DNA of 64,000 nt from Myxococcota bacterium (GTDB taxonomy: Bacteria > Myxococcota_A > UBA9160 > UBA6930): NCBI GenBank assembly GCA_965223705.1, contig OZ245015.1, positions 2,624,001-2,688,000 on the forward strand, in the 5' to 3' direction. This document shows positions 1 through 12,205 of this stretch, in pieces; position 1 is the stretch's first letter, and every line of letters starts with the position of its first letter. A model generated the notes under the pieces. It had not been told where the DNA came from. It was given only the letters and a program-made list of their open reading frames with translations, and ran no database searches. The translations under genes and the position numbers were made by a program.

Positions 1-148
1 GCGCCTCCGTGACCTGATCAACGACCTGATACGCCTTGCTCTGGCGCGTCATCATCTCCGTCAGGTAAATCGATATGACGCCCAGAATGGCCATCGCCAC
101 CAGGACTTCGACGAGGGTGAACCCTTTGAGATTTTGCTTGTGCATCAT
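1..148 (-). CDS. Prepilin-type minor pilin, PilW-like (5' part; runs off the window)
   Basis: Translated by hand: MMHKQNLKG|FTLVEVLVAMAILGVISIYL..., a class III signal (G|FxxxE). ATG overlaps the stop of the PilV-like gene. Absent from the ORF track. Confidence 0.8.
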   Translation of the reverse strand, partial: MMHKQNLKGFTLVEVLVAMAILGVISIYLTEMMTRQSKAYQVVDQVTEA

Positions 149-663
149 GAGTCGTCGTACCGGGACGAGCTGATGGCGAACCGTCGAGGGGGTGCCCCTG
201 CGTCGTCGTTGTGTTCGCGCCAAGTGACACGTACATCGATATTCCGGAGATCGGGTCGGGCCGGATTGGTCGTGAGCCGCCAGTCGACCGTGTAGACCTC
301 GTCCGTAAAATTTTGACCGGCGGCGTTGAGCGTGATGTTGTCCGTAACGACGTTCGCGCCGATGACCCATCCACCGGTGTCGGCGAACTGCGGATCGTCG
401 TACGGAAAGCGGTGAAAGACCTCGACCTGATCCCGTGCGATGCGCGCCGCCCGTGTGTAATGGCGGCCGACGGTCCCCCCGCGCATGGCGTGGATCTGCA
501 TCGCCAACATCGCGAGCATCCCGAACGTCAAGACGACCATCGCCACCATCAGCTCGATGATGGTGAGTCCCGCCTGTCGCCGGCTCGCTGTCCGGCGAAA
601 CGGTGAGACGCGCCGGCGGAGCCGCCTCGCGTACGCCGCTGTGTGTTGCCCTAGTTGGTCCAT
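145..663 (-). CDS. pilV: Type IV pilus minor pilin PilV-like
   Basis: G|LTIIELMVAMVVLTFGMLAMLAMQ prepilin motif; lies between FimT-like and PilW-like genes. Confidence 0.75.
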   Translation of the reverse strand: MDQLGQHTAAYARRLRRRVSPFRRTASRRQAGLTIIELMVAMVVLTFGMLAMLAMQIHAMRGGTVGRHYTRAARIARDQVEVFHRFPYDDPQFADTGGWVIGANVVTDNITLNAAGQNFTDEVYTVDWRLTTNPARPDLRNIDVRVTWREHNDDAGAPPRRFAISSSRYDDS

Positions 664-1334
664 ATACCCGCCGTCTGTTCCCAGCCGTGGATCTTCACGG
701 CACCGAGCGGCGTCAACACGACGCCGTAACCGCGGCTGCCTCCGCCGGCCGCGTTGTTCAGATAGATTCCGCCGCCTCCGGAGCCCGTCGGGCCCAAGTT
801 GCAGGCGTTGTCCGACGTGACGGGCGTGCCATCGGGCCGAAAGACCACCCAGTTTCTCGCGGTCCCGCCCGTATCCTGAAAGCTCAGTCCTGAAGCCCCG
901 TGAGGAGCCAATCCGGAGTCATCCGGTGCGACCGGCGCCCCGCCGAGGACGCCCCAGTTGATTCCTTGAACCGGGTCGATGATTTCGGTCATCACGAGTT
1001 CGCCCGCGTCGACGCAACAATCGCCGTCTTGATCGTCGACGACCTGGACCGGGCGAACGAAGCCCGAGACCGGCTCAACGGGGAGCCCGATCCCGCAGGC
1101 GTCTTGTGCTGTCAGCGTTCCGAAGAACACGATCTGGTTGCGCCGCAACCGGATCGCGCGCTGGCGGGCCACGTGCAACACGCCGGCAGTCTCACGAGCG
1201 ACGGTCTTCAACCGCGTGTTGTTTCGAATCTCCCGAAACTGCGGCACGGCCATAGCGGAAGCGATCGCCAAGATCGCGATCACGACCAGCATTTCGATCA
1301 CCGAGAAACCTGCACTTCGATTGCGTTTGTCCAT
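651..1334 (-). CDS. fimT: Minor pilin FimT/FimU (GspH-like)
   Basis: MDKRNRSAG|FSVIEMLVVIAILAI...AVPQF, ARQRAI, and C-terminal VVFRPDG. Start trimmed to ATG 1334, just downstream of a sigma-54 promoter. Confidence 0.8.
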   Translation of the reverse strand: MDKRNRSAGFSVIEMLVVIAILAIASAMAVPQFREIRNNTRLKTVARETAGVLHVARQRAIRLRRNQIVFFGTLTAQDACGIGLPVEPVSGFVRPVQVVDDQDGDCCVDAGELVMTEIIDPVQGINWGVLGGAPVAPDDSGLAPHGASGLSFQDTGGTARNWVVFRPDGTPVTSDNACNLGPTGSGGGGIYLNNAAGGGSRGYGVVLTPLGAVKIHGWEQTAGIWTN

Positions 1335-1360
1335 TCCGCCTCGCAGCCGGAGCTTCCTTG

Positions 1361-1376
1361 AGCAAGCCCCATGCCA
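1361..1376 (-). promoter_or_regulatory. Sigma-54 (-24/-12) promoter of the minor pilin operon
   Basis: Minus strand reads TGGCATGGGGCTTGCT (GG-N10-GC), 26 nt upstream of the fimT ATG; a sigma-54 activator (pilR) is nearby. Confidence 0.75.
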
Positions 1377-1414
1377 GGCGTAGAAATCGGTATCGCTGGG
1401 TGTTCGCTTGAGTT

Positions 1415-2962
1415 TCAGGGCTTTTGCGCGCGAAGCGGTTCGCAGTCTTCTTCGCACTGCGAAGCGGTTTGCGCACTGCGCGCCGCGCCCACAGGCAACT
1501 CCGCCTCATGAGCCGGCAACACCAGCGCAAAACGCGTGCAAAAGTTTTCGGTACCCGCTTGCCACTGCAGCACGCCACCGAGCTCTTCGGCGAGTCGCGC
1601 GGCGTTTGCCAGACCCAATCCCGTGCCTTCTCCCGGAGGTTTCGTCGTGAAGAACGGGTCGAACAAACGATCCGCATCTTCGTCTCGCACCCCGGACCCG
1701 TTGTCATCGACGCAACACCGCACGGCGTTCGGCGGGCGCCCGGCGCGGAGGGCTTCCTCCGGCTGCTCCCCCTCTCGGGAATCGAGCACCCACGGTTCGA
1801 GGAGCACCCGGATCTTGGGATCGTGCGTCTCGAGGAGCGCGTCGCCGGCGTTGAGGAAGAGGTTGATCAGGATCTGACTCACCGAGCCGGTGTCCGCAAA
1901 GGCGAGCGGCACGGAGCCCTTCTCTTCCCGAGTCACTTCCACCCGCGAAAAGCGGGGCTGAGCCGTCACCAGCGCCACGGCCTCCTGGACGAGCAAATGC
2001 ATCGAGACGGGCTCGGGGACGGTTCTCGGCGGGCGCGAGAAGTCGAGAAGCTGACGGAGAATCCGACGCACCCGGTCGCCTTCGCGCGCGACGCGCTCCA
2101 AGTGTCCCCTGCCGTCCTCCGACAGTCCCGGGTCGCGGCCCGCCAGATCGACCAGGGCCAACATCGCGCCGATCGGATTACCGACCTCGTGGGCCACGCC
2201 GGCGGCGAGTCGGCCCACCGACGCCAACCGCTCGGCGCGGTCGAGCCCCGCTCGCGTACGCTTCAGCTCCGCGTTGGTCCTGCGCAGCTCGAGCAGCGCC
2301 TTTTCGGTGGCGTCGCTTCGCTCCGCAAGCGCCTCGGCCATTTCGTTCCACGCGGATCCCAATTCGGCAATCTCCCGGACACCGTCGATCGGTACCCGCG
2401 GACGGACCTCTCCGTCGGTGAGTTGTCGCACCGCGAAGACCAACTGTTCGAGGGGGCGCGCGACGCGACGGCGGACGAGGTAGACGCCCAACAACGTGAA
2501 GATCAGGACGTCCCCGACCAGCACCCAGAAGACGACTTGTGCGCCCGACCAACGCGTCTCGAGGGAATACGTCCGCGGGAGCCGACCGACAACGGCCCCT
2601 TCTTCGACCGGCGCCGCGAAGCGCACCTGGCCCCACAGACGGCCCGGTTGTAGGAGCACCTGCGCTTCTTCGAGGACGCGCTCGCCGAGCTCGCGACTGG
2701 CGGGGTCGATCCGACCGGCCGAAGCGTTCCGCGGTGCGACACCGTGGTTCGCGGTGACGGTCCACCACTCGGTGCCGGGGATGGCACTCTCGCCGATGGG
2801 TCGGGGATTTCGCGCCTCTTGAAGCAACACCCGGCCCAGAAGCTCGCGGGTCTGGGCTTCGTGGTGGGAAAAGAGGAGACCTGCGAGCACGACCCCGGAC
2901 AAGGCCATGACCACGGCGAGACTCACGACGAGTGCCGTCTGAATCCCGGCCGGTCGCCGCAT
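1415..2962 (-). CDS. HAMP-domain membrane sensor histidine kinase (PilS2-like)
   Basis: Two TM segments, HAMP, H-box AHEVGNP, N-box NLFLNAGDA, DNGSG, FDPFFTTK, GTGLGL. Start trimmed to ATG 2962. Confidence 0.9.
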   Translation of the reverse strand: MRRPAGIQTALVVSLAVVMALSGVVLAGLLFSHHEAQTRELLGRVLLQEARNPRPIGESAIPGTEWWTVTANHGVAPRNASAGRIDPASRELGERVLEEAQVLLQPGRLWGQVRFAAPVEEGAVVGRLPRTYSLETRWSGAQVVFWVLVGDVLIFTLLGVYLVRRRVARPLEQLVFAVRQLTDGEVRPRVPIDGVREIAELGSAWNEMAEALAERSDATEKALLELRRTNAELKRTRAGLDRAERLASVGRLAAGVAHEVGNPIGAMLALVDLAGRDPGLSEDGRGHLERVAREGDRVRRILRQLLDFSRPPRTVPEPVSMHLLVQEAVALVTAQPRFSRVEVTREEKGSVPLAFADTGSVSQILINLFLNAGDALLETHDPKIRVLLEPWVLDSREGEQPEEALRAGRPPNAVRCCVDDNGSGVRDEDADRLFDPFFTTKPPGEGTGLGLANAARLAEELGGVLQWQAGTENFCTRFALVLPAHEAELPVGAARSAQTASQCEEDCEPLRAQKP

Positions 2963-2969
2963 CTTGAAG

Positions 2970-4352
2970 CTACGCTTCGCCGTCTTCGAGCCCGAGCTTT
3001 TCGAGCCGGTAGCGGAAGGAGCGGAAGCTGATTCCCAAGAACTGCGCCGCGCGCTTCTTGACACCGCCACTGCGGCGCAACGCCTCCCGCAAGATCTTGC
3101 GCTCGAACTCGTCGACCATGGTGTTCAGGGTCTCGCCTTCTGCGGGGACGAGATCCAGCTCGGGCTTCTCGGGTGCCGCCGAAAGGTTTGCCGGTAAGGA
3201 GTCGATCCCGACCGGTTCCCCACTCGACAATGCGACCGCTCGCTCGACGACGTTCTCGAGCTCGCGCACGTTGCCGGGGAACCGGTAGCGGAGCAAGCAC
3301 CCGAGGGCTTCCTCGGTAAACGTGACGCCGGGCCGATCGAGCTCAGCGGCGTACTTCTCGCCGAAGTGCTGCATCAAGAGCGGGATGTCATCGGTGCGAT
3401 CTCGGAGGGCCGGCAGCGGAATCTCGATGACGTTCAAGCGGTAGTAGAGATCCTCTCGAAAGCGACCGGCCGCCACCTCGTCTTCGAGCCGCCGGTTCGT
3501 CGCGGCGATGATACGCGCGTCGACGCGCCGATCGCTGGTACCGCCGACGCGACGCACGGTCTTGTCCTGAATCGCGCGCAACAGCTTGACTTGAAGGGAC
3601 TGCGGGAGCTCGCCGATTTCGTCGAGAAACAACGTCCCGCCATCCGCTGCTTCGAAAAGCCCTGCCTTGTTCTCGACGGCCCCGGTAAAGGCGCCTTTGA
3701 CGTGGCCGAAGAGCTCCGACTCGAGGAGATTCTCGGGAATCGCGCCGCAATTGATCGCGACGAAAGCCCCCGAGGCCCGCTCGCTCTGCTCGTGAACGGC
3801 GCGGGCGACGAGTTCTTTGCCTGTTCCGCTCTCGCCACTTACCAACACGTTCGTGCGCGTCATCGCCACTTGCGCGATGAGCTCATACACCTCTGCCATC
3901 GCGTCGCTGTTTCCGATCAGATGGCGATTCCGAGCCTTGTCGCGAAGCTCCGTGCGAAGGCGTCGGTTCTCGGTGGTCAGGAGTTTCTTCTCGAGCGCCT
4001 TTTCGATGACGAGCCTGAGCTCGTCCACTTTGAAGGGCTTCGTAACGTAGTCGTAGGCGCCTTGTTTCATCGCCTGAATCGCCGTCTCGGTGGTCGCGAA
4101 GGCCGTGATGACCACCACCAGCGTCTCCGGTGAGACGTCCTTGATCTCGGATAGCAACTCGAGGCCGGTTCGATCCGGCATCTGCATGTCGGTGATGACG
4201 ACGTCGAAGTCGTCCGCCTCCACCGCCATCAGCGCCGTTCCGACGTCTCCCGCGGTGAGCACTTCGTACCCCTCGCGCTGGAAGAAGATCTGCAGGAATT
4301 CGCGCATGCTGTGCTCGTCGTCGACGACGAGAATGCGTGCCTTGGCGCTCAC
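2970..4352 (-). CDS. pilR: Sigma-54-dependent response regulator PilR (NtrC family)
   Basis: Receiver domain, [22 protein letters not shown]-terminal HTH; follows pilC-pilS. Confidence 0.88.
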   Translation of the reverse strand: MSAKARILVVDDEHSMREFLQIFFQREGYEVLTAGDVGTALMAVEADDFDVVITDMQMPDRTGLELLSEIKDVSPETLVVVITAFATTETAIQAMKQGAYDYVTKPFKVDELRLVIEKALEKKLLTTENRRLRTELRDKARNRHLIGNSDAMAEVYELIAQVAMTRTNVLVSGESGTGKELVARAVHEQSERASGAFVAINCGAIPENLLESELFGHVKGAFTGAVENKAGLFEAADGGTLFLDEIGELPQSLQVKLLRAIQDKTVRRVGGTSDRRVDARIIAATNRRLEDEVAAGRFREDLYYRLNVIEIPLPALRDRTDDIPLLMQHFGEKYAAELDRPGVTFTEEALGCLLRYRFPGNVRELENVVERAVALSSGEPVGIDSLPANLSAAPEKPELDLVPAEGETLNTMVDEFERKILREALRRSGGVKKRAAQFLGISFRSFRYRLEKLGLEDGEA

Positions 4353-6034
4353 AGCGGCTCTCCTTCCCCTTCGGGCAATCGGACCGTAAACCGCGTTCCG
4401 ACACCGACTTCACTCTCGACCCGGACCCGCCCGCCGTGGGCCTCGACAATCCTGTGCACCGTGGCGAGCCCCAATCCAGACCCTCCGGGTCGACTCGTAA
4501 AGAACGGGTCAAAAACGCGCTCAAGCGCTTCTGTTGGAATTCCCACGCCCGTGTCCGAGACCCTGATCTCGACCCACGTTCCCTTCTCCTCACTATGTCG
4601 GTCCGGATCGCAGTCCCCTTGAGGCGGGTCCTCTCGCACGCGTGTCCCTTCGATCGCAAGCACGCCACCGCCCTTCTCCATCGCGGCGGCCGCGTTCAGC
4701 GTGAGGTTCCACAGGACCTGATGAAGCTGCGCGCGATCTGCCAGCGCGCGCAGCGACGCCTCGCACTCGATACGCAGCTCGATGCCCGCATCCCCCGACG
4801 ACCGAAACAATTCAGCGACGTCGGCCAAGACGTCCGCCACCGGAACCGCTGTCGGCATGGTCGTCGAAGGCCTCGCATAGGCGAGAAACTCTGTCAGGAG
4901 ATGGTCGAGCCGCTCGATTTCGCGAATCGCGATGCCCATCAAGCGATCGGAGGCGTCGGCGTCGTGTTCACCCGACCGGAGCATCTCGATCGAACCCGAG
5001 ATCGCCGCGAGGGGATTGCGGATCTCGTGCGCCATGTGAGCCGACAGTTCCCCTGCCGCTGCCAGCCGCTCGTTCTGCCTGAGATCGTGCTCCATGGCGA
5101 CGACGTCCGTGACGTCCTGGAAGATCCACACCGCGCCGCGTGGGTCTCCGTCGGCGTCCCGGAGAGTCGAATGCGCCATGCCCAGGTGGCGCTCCCGCCC
5201 GGCTCGATCCCGATAAGGCACGCGAATCCGTCGGCCCGACTCGGCACGTGCTCGGCGCTCGAACAGCGGAAGACTGTCGACGAGCAGCTCTCCCAGGAGC
5301 TCCTCGCGAGCGAAGCCTGTGATGCGCTCGGCCTCTCCGTTCACGGAGGAGACGCGGCCCTCGACATCGACCGTGATGAGCCCGCTGGTCAAACTCTCTA
5401 CCGTCCGTTCGTGAAGTTGGCGCAGATCGCCCAGATCTTTCCGGCTTCGGTGCAACGCTTGCCCAGCGGCCTCGAGCTCCCGGCCGAGCAAGCGCGAAAG
5501 AGCCGCCACCAGCACGAGGACAGCGGACATCAGTGCCCATGGGTAGAAGAGCGCCGGTCCCGGAAGCCCCAAGTGAAACACTTCGCGGAGCCCGGCCATT
5601 TCCGCGCCCACGAGAGCCGCGAGGTACCCGGCCGAGGCCCCACCCGCCCCGAAATAGGCTCCGCGGCCCGGATTGAACAACGCGCCGTACACCGTGACGG
5701 GCAGGAAGAGGAAGCCGAAGATCGACGCGGTTCCGCCGGTAAAGAGGACCAAGCCGCTCACGATGAGAACGTCGCTGGTGAGCTGCCACCCGACGAAGTG
5801 GCGCGGCCGCTTCACCTGGCGAAGCGCAGCGGCAAACACCACCGTCGACAAGAAGCCGAACGCGAGCGTCCCGTAGAGACCGACCTCGGCGATCTCGGCA
5901 CCCTTGCGCCCAGCACCGATCATGGTGAGAGCCAGAGCGAACGCGCCGCAAGAAAGGGCGAGCCTCGCAGCGAGCAGCTGCGTCAACCGCCTGCGTGCGC
6001 GTCTCTCGAGGGGCCGTGTTTCCGTCGCGTCCAA
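4349..6034 (-). CDS. pilS: Sensor histidine kinase PilS (multi-TM, PAS)
   Basis: Multi-TM N-terminus, PAS, AHEIRNPL, DTGVG, GSGLGL; between pilC and pilR. Start trimmed to TTG 6034. Confidence 0.85.
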   Translation of the reverse strand: MDATETRPLERRARRRLTQLLAARLALSCGAFALALTMIGAGRKGAEIAEVGLYGTLAFGFLSTVVFAAALRQVKRPRHFVGWQLTSDVLIVSGLVLFTGGTASIFGFLFLPVTVYGALFNPGRGAYFGAGGASAGYLAALVGAEMAGLREVFHLGLPGPALFYPWALMSAVLVLVAALSRLLGRELEAAGQALHRSRKDLGDLRQLHERTVESLTSGLITVDVEGRVSSVNGEAERITGFAREELLGELLVDSLPLFERRARAESGRRIRVPYRDRAGRERHLGMAHSTLRDADGDPRGAVWIFQDVTDVVAMEHDLRQNERLAAAGELSAHMAHEIRNPLAAISGSIEMLRSGEHDADASDRLMGIAIREIERLDHLLTEFLAYARPSTTMPTAVPVADVLADVAELFRSSGDAGIELRIECEASLRALADRAQLHQVLWNLTLNAAAAMEKGGGVLAIEGTRVREDPPQGDCDPDRHSEEKGTWVEIRVSDTGVGIPTEALERVFDPFFTSRPGGSGLGLATVHRIVEAHGGRVRVESEVGVGTRFTVRLPEGEGEPL

Positions 6035-6044
6035 GCGCTGTGCG

Positions 6045-7256
6045 CTAGTTGATGTTCTCGGCGAGCTTGAAGATCGGGAGATACATCGCCACGAGGAGAC
6101 CGCCGATCGCGCCACCGAGGAACACGATCATGATGGGTTCCATCAAGGAGGTGAGCGCCCCGACGGCTGTGTCGACTTCATCATCGTAGAAGTCGGCGAT
6201 CTTGCTGAGCATCTGATCCATCGCGCCGGTGGACTCACCCACCGCGATCATCTGCACAACCATGCTCGGGAACACTCCGGATGCCTCGAGCGGTTCCGCG
6301 ATCGTGCGCCCCTCTGAAATTGCGGCGCGCGTCTCGAACAGGCTCTTCTCGATGACCTTGTTACCCGATGTCTTCGCGCAAATCTCCAGTGCGTCGAGGA
6401 TCGGCACACCGCTCGAGATCATCGTCCCCAACGTCCGACTAAAGCGGGCGACCGCCGTCTTCTTCAGCAACGGTCCGAACACCGGAAGTTTCAAGAACAC
6501 TGCGTCGCTCTTGTAGCGAAAGCTCTCACTGCGTTTTCGCGCCTGGAAGAACGCGATAAAGACTGTAGCCGCCGCGAGCAGCATGTAGACGATGTACGCC
6601 TGCATGAAGTGGCTCAGGTTCACGACGATCTGCGTCGGTGCGGGTAGCGCACCGCCGAAATCCGCAAACATCTTCTCGAATACCGGAATGACCTTGACGA
6701 GAAGGAGAACGATCACGCCGATCGCAACGGTCATCACCGTCAGCGGATACACCATCGCACCCTTGACCTTGCGGCGCAGCGCGTCCGCCTTTTCCAGGTA
6801 CGTGGCGAGGCGATTCAGAATCGTGTCCAGAATACCCCCGACTTCGCCGGCGGCGACGAGGTTGACGAACAACTCGTCGAAGATCTTCGGGTGCTTCCCC
6901 AACGATTCAGCGAATGTGGCGCCTTGCTCCACATCGCCTTTCACTTTCGCCAGAACGCCCGCGAAAATCGCGTTCGGTTGTTGGCTCGCCTGAATTTCTA
7001 GGCACTGCACCAACGGGAGACCCGCGTCGATCATCGTCGCGAACTGACGCGTGAACACCACCAGATCGCGGATCTTCGGACCGCTTCCCGGCAGGTTGAC
7101 GTTCTCAAAAATGTCCTTCGGCTTGAGCTTTACCTTGACGGGCGCGATCGACTGCGCGCGCAATTGCGTCATGACAGCGGCTTCGTTGACCGCCTCCATC
7201 ACGCCTTTCTTCTTTACGCCGCTGCGCGTCTTTCCCGACCAGTTGTAAACAGGCAT
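6045..7256 (-). CDS. pilC: Type IV pilus platform protein PilC
   Basis: FTRQFATMIDAGLPL, AGEVGGILD, GESTGAMD, AMYLPIF (T2SS-F family). Confidence 0.95.
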   Translation of the reverse strand: MPVYNWSGKTRSGVKKKGVMEAVNEAAVMTQLRAQSIAPVKVKLKPKDIFENVNLPGSGPKIRDLVVFTRQFATMIDAGLPLVQCLEIQASQQPNAIFAGVLAKVKGDVEQGATFAESLGKHPKIFDELFVNLVAAGEVGGILDTILNRLATYLEKADALRRKVKGAMVYPLTVMTVAIGVIVLLLVKVIPVFEKMFADFGGALPAPTQIVVNLSHFMQAYIVYMLLAAATVFIAFFQARKRSESFRYKSDAVFLKLPVFGPLLKKTAVARFSRTLGTMISSGVPILDALEICAKTSGNKVIEKSLFETRAAISEGRTIAEPLEASGVFPSMVVQMIAVGESTGAMDQMLSKIADFYDDEVDTAVGALTSLMEPIMIVFLGGAIGGLLVAMYLPIFKLAENIN

Positions 7257-7272
7257 TCGCTACTCCCGAACT

Positions 7273-8370
7273 CTACGCGGCGCTTGCGGCGCCGCCCCGA
7301 GCCCCTTTTCCGGAGGTGATGATCTGCTGGAGCTCCTCGGCGTCGCTGCTGCGACCGAGCGCATCGTCCAGAGAGATCGTTCGACGGCCGTAGAGACCCG
7401 CGAGCGATTGGTTCATGGTCTGCATGCCGAACTTTTCCTGACCGATCTGCATCTGCGAGTAGATCTGGTGGATCTTGTCTTCCCGAATGAGGTTCCGGAT
7501 CGCGGGATTCGGAATCATCACCTCGCACGCCATGACGCGGCCTGGCGCGTTGTTTCGCGGAAGAAGCGTCTGGCACACGACACCTTCGAGGCTGAACGAC
7601 AATTGCGCGCGCACCTGAGCCTGCTGGTAGGGGGGGAAGACGTCCACGATCCGGTTGATCGTCTGAACGGCGGAATTCGTGTGGAGCGTCGCGAACGCCA
7701 AGTGACCCGTTTCGGCCACTGTCAACGCCGCCTCGATGGTCTCGAGATCGCGGAGCTCACCGATGAGGACGACATCGGGATCCTGGCGGAGGATGTACTT
7801 CAGGGCCGTCTGGAACGAGTTCGTGTCCGCGCCCACCTCCCGCTGATTGACGAGACATCCCTTGTGCGGGTGCAGATACTCGATCGGATCCTCGATCGTC
7901 ACGATGTGCTCGTTGCGTTCGGAATTGATGAAGTCGATGATGCTCGCGAGCGTGGTCGACTTGCCCGAACCGGTGGGCCCCGTCACGAGAATGAGACCCC
8001 GCGGTTTTCGAGCCAGGCTCGTGATGACCTTGGGCAGATCGAGGTCTTCGAACGTGCGAATCTTGTAGGGAATCGCACGGAACGCGCCTGCAACGGCCCC
8101 GCGCTGCATGAAGATATTCGCGCGAAATCGCGAGAGGCCACGCACGCCAAACGAGAGATCGAGCTCGTTGTTCTCTTCGAACTTGTGCTTCTGCGCGTCG
8201 GTCAGGATCGAATAGCAGAGCTGCTTCGTCTCGGGGGGAGACATCGGCGGCATTTTGATCGGGACGAGTTTGCCGTCCACGCGAAGCTGGGGCGGACTGC
8301 TCGTGGTGACGTGGAGGTCACTCCCGCCTTTTTCGATCATCGCCTTCAGGAGCTGGTGCAGGTTGGCCAT
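7273..8370 (-). CDS. pilT: Pilus retraction ATPase PilT
   Basis: GPTGSGKSTT, EDPIE, LRQDPDVVLIGELRD, AIRNLIRE motif. Start MANLHQLL at ATG 8370. Confidence 0.95.
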   Translation of the reverse strand: MANLHQLLKAMIEKGGSDLHVTTSSPPQLRVDGKLVPIKMPPMSPPETKQLCYSILTDAQKHKFEENNELDLSFGVRGLSRFRANIFMQRGAVAGAFRAIPYKIRTFEDLDLPKVITSLARKPRGLILVTGPTGSGKSTTLASIIDFINSERNEHIVTIEDPIEYLHPHKGCLVNQREVGADTNSFQTALKYILRQDPDVVLIGELRDLETIEAALTVAETGHLAFATLHTNSAVQTINRIVDVFPPYQQAQVRAQLSFSLEGVVCQTLLPRNNAPGRVMACEVMIPNPAIRNLIREDKIHQIYSQMQIGQEKFGMQTMNQSLAGLYGRRTISLDDALGRSSDAEELQQIITSGKGARGGAASAA

Positions 8371-8381
8371 TCGCTCGCTTT

Positions 8382-10082
<1,701 letters not shown>

Positions 10083-10213
10083 AGTGATCCCTCTCCTGCA
10101 GCAAGGGCCGTAATGCAGGAAACTCAACATCCTGGGCCGGCTATCACGAGACTTGCCGGCGGCAGAAAACCCCTGCGAACCCGCACGGTTATCGGCCTTT
10201 CGAAAAGGGATCT

Positions 10214-11245
10214 TTACTCGCTTTGCCGAACCCCCCCGAGGGACTCCGAGAGGGGTCTGCCTCTCACCCACAGCGCTCCGAGTCCCGGAAGCGTGGTTCC
10301 GATCCAAAACACACCGTGGGCCACGGTGCCGACCGCCACCGCCAGGCCTTTCGGCACCCCGTAGGGCTTTAGCGCCAGCCAACACGCCGCGTGATAGGGC
10401 CCGACGAATCCCGGGGCAGCGGGCAGCGCGACCCCGCCGGCAATCCAGATCGTCATCGCCACGGCTGCGTCCATGGACGATCCGGACGCAATCGCCCCCG
10501 GGGCTCCGTCGACACTCATAAGAGCCGACCAGAGCGGCGGCACGGAGCTCAACCAGCACGCGACCGTCAAGAGGGAGACGGGTGCGAGGGTGCGCAGATC
10601 GCGCAGAACCGCGCACCCCGCGGCGGCGTCCCCGGCGAATTGGGTGATCGCCAAGCGGACGCGGCTCCCCAACGGTCGCGCGAGCCACCCGACGATGCCT
10701 TCCGCTCGGGCTCGCGTCAGGCTCGGCAGAACGGCCAGGATGACGGCGGGTGCGATGAAAAAGGCCGGCAAGTAGGTCGTTAAGGTCGTGCCTTCGAGCC
10801 CCAGCACCGAAGCGCCACGCAAGCCGAGAAACAGAGCCGCCAGCAGCCCGAGTGCAGCGACGTCGAGGAGGCGCTCTACGAGGACCGTGCCCATCACGGT
10901 GGGGACGCGGACCTCCCCTTCACGGGCGAGGTAGACACAGCGCGCGACTTCGCCCGCGCGGAACGGCAGGACGTTGTTCAAGGCAAAGCCGACCCACACC
11001 GCCCGGAAATGCGCGCCGAAGCCCAGGTCGCCGACCGGGCGGGTCAGGTACTGCCAGCGCCGAGCGCGCAACGCGACGTTCAACAAAAAGCAAGGCAGCG
11101 AGATCGCGAGCACCAGGACCCAGTTCGCTTCCGCGAGAGCGTCCCCGAGCGAGCGGAAGTCGAGACCGCGGGCTACCCACACCAGCGCGGCCGCGGTGAC
11201 CAATCCCGCGAGCGCCGCGTGGATCGTGCGGCGGGAGCGACTCAC
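10214..11245 (-). CDS. Lysylphosphatidylglycerol-synthase TM / flippase-like membrane protein
   Basis: Multi-TM; LRARRW, NNVLPFRAGEVAR, VERLLD and PAAPGFVG motifs. Confidence 0.8.
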   Translation of the reverse strand: MSRSRRTIHAALAGLVTAAALVWVARGLDFRSLGDALAEANWVLVLAISLPCFLLNVALRARRWQYLTRPVGDLGFGAHFRAVWVGFALNNVLPFRAGEVARCVYLAREGEVRVPTVMGTVLVERLLDVAALGLLAALFLGLRGASVLGLEGTTLTTYLPAFFIAPAVILAVLPSLTRARAEGIVGWLARPLGSRVRLAITQFAGDAAAGCAVLRDLRTLAPVSLLTVACWLSSVPPLWSALMSVDGAPGAIASGSSMDAAVAMTIWIAGGVALPAAPGFVGPYHAACWLALKPYGVPKGLAVAVGTVAHGVFWIGTTLPGLGALWVRGRPLSESLGGVRQSE

Positions 11246-12189
11246 CCGCGCAGGCGTCGCCGCGCTTCGGCGGCATCGGCGCGAATCTGAGCGACCAGGG
11301 CGTCCGGTCCGTCGAACTTCTTCTCGACGCGGATGTGGTGGATGAAATGAAGTTCCACGCGGCGGCCGTACACGTCTTCGGCGAAATCGAACAGGTGCGT
11401 CTCGGCGAGCACGGGGTCGCTGTCCTTGAAGGTCGGGCGGCGACCGACGTTCGTAACGGCATCGAAGACCGCGCCGGCCGGTGGCGTCCCCTCGTCGAGG
11501 AACGCGAGACGCGTCGCGTACACGCCGTCGCGCGGCAGCACTTCGTTGTCGGAGGAGAGATTCGCGGTGGGAAAACCGATGGTACGGCCACGGCGATCAC
11601 CGGGAGCGATGCTTCCGCGAACGGCGTAGCTGCGCCCCAAGAGACGCCCGGCGGCTTCGACATCGCCTTCTAGCAGCAGGGAACGGATCCGGGTCGAGTT
11701 CACGGCTTCGTCGGAAACGGTCACCTCGGGGATGATCGTCACGGAAAAACCCAGGGCGGGTCCGAGCTCGGTCAGCGTCTTCCGAGACCCTTCGCGATCG
11801 CGACCGAAGTGGAAGTCGTATCCCACGTAGACTTCGCAGGGTGCGAGCCGCGCGTGGACGACTTCTTGAACAAAAGCGTCCGCGTCGTAACGGGCGAAGG
11901 CGTCGGTAAACGGTTCAATCACCACCGCATCGATCCCGGCCGCTTCGATGAGCTTGAGCTTTTGCTCGAGCGTCGTGAGGAGCGCCGGCGCGCGCTCCGG
12001 CCGCACCACCTTCCGGGGGTGCGGGTGAAAGGTGTACACCACGGCGGGGCACCCGAGGACCGAAGCCCGGCTGGTCACGGTCTCCATGATCTGGCGGTGC
12101 CCCACGTGGATTCCGTCGAAATTTCCGATCGTGACCACGCCGCCTGTCCAGTCCCGCGGGACCGACTCACTGCCTCGAACGACTTCCAA
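11242..12189 (-). CDS. ribF: Bifunctional riboflavin kinase / FAD synthetase
   Basis: IGNFDGIHVGH, GYDFHFG, GRTIGFPTAN, NVGRRPT, ETHLFDF. Confidence 0.96.
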   Translation of the reverse strand: MEVVRGSESVPRDWTGGVVTIGNFDGIHVGHRQIMETVTSRASVLGCPAVVYTFHPHPRKVVRPERAPALLTTLEQKLKLIEAAGIDAVVIEPFTDAFARYDADAFVQEVVHARLAPCEVYVGYDFHFGRDREGSRKTLTELGPALGFSVTIIPEVTVSDEAVNSTRIRSLLLEGDVEAAGRLLGRSYAVRGSIAPGDRRGRTIGFPTANLSSDNEVLPRDGVYATRLAFLDEGTPPAGAVFDAVTNVGRRPTFKDSDPVLAETHLFDFAEDVYGRRVELHFIHHIRVEKKFDGPDALVAQIRADAAEARRRLRG

Positions 12190-12205
12190 CCGTTAAACTC
12201 CTGAC

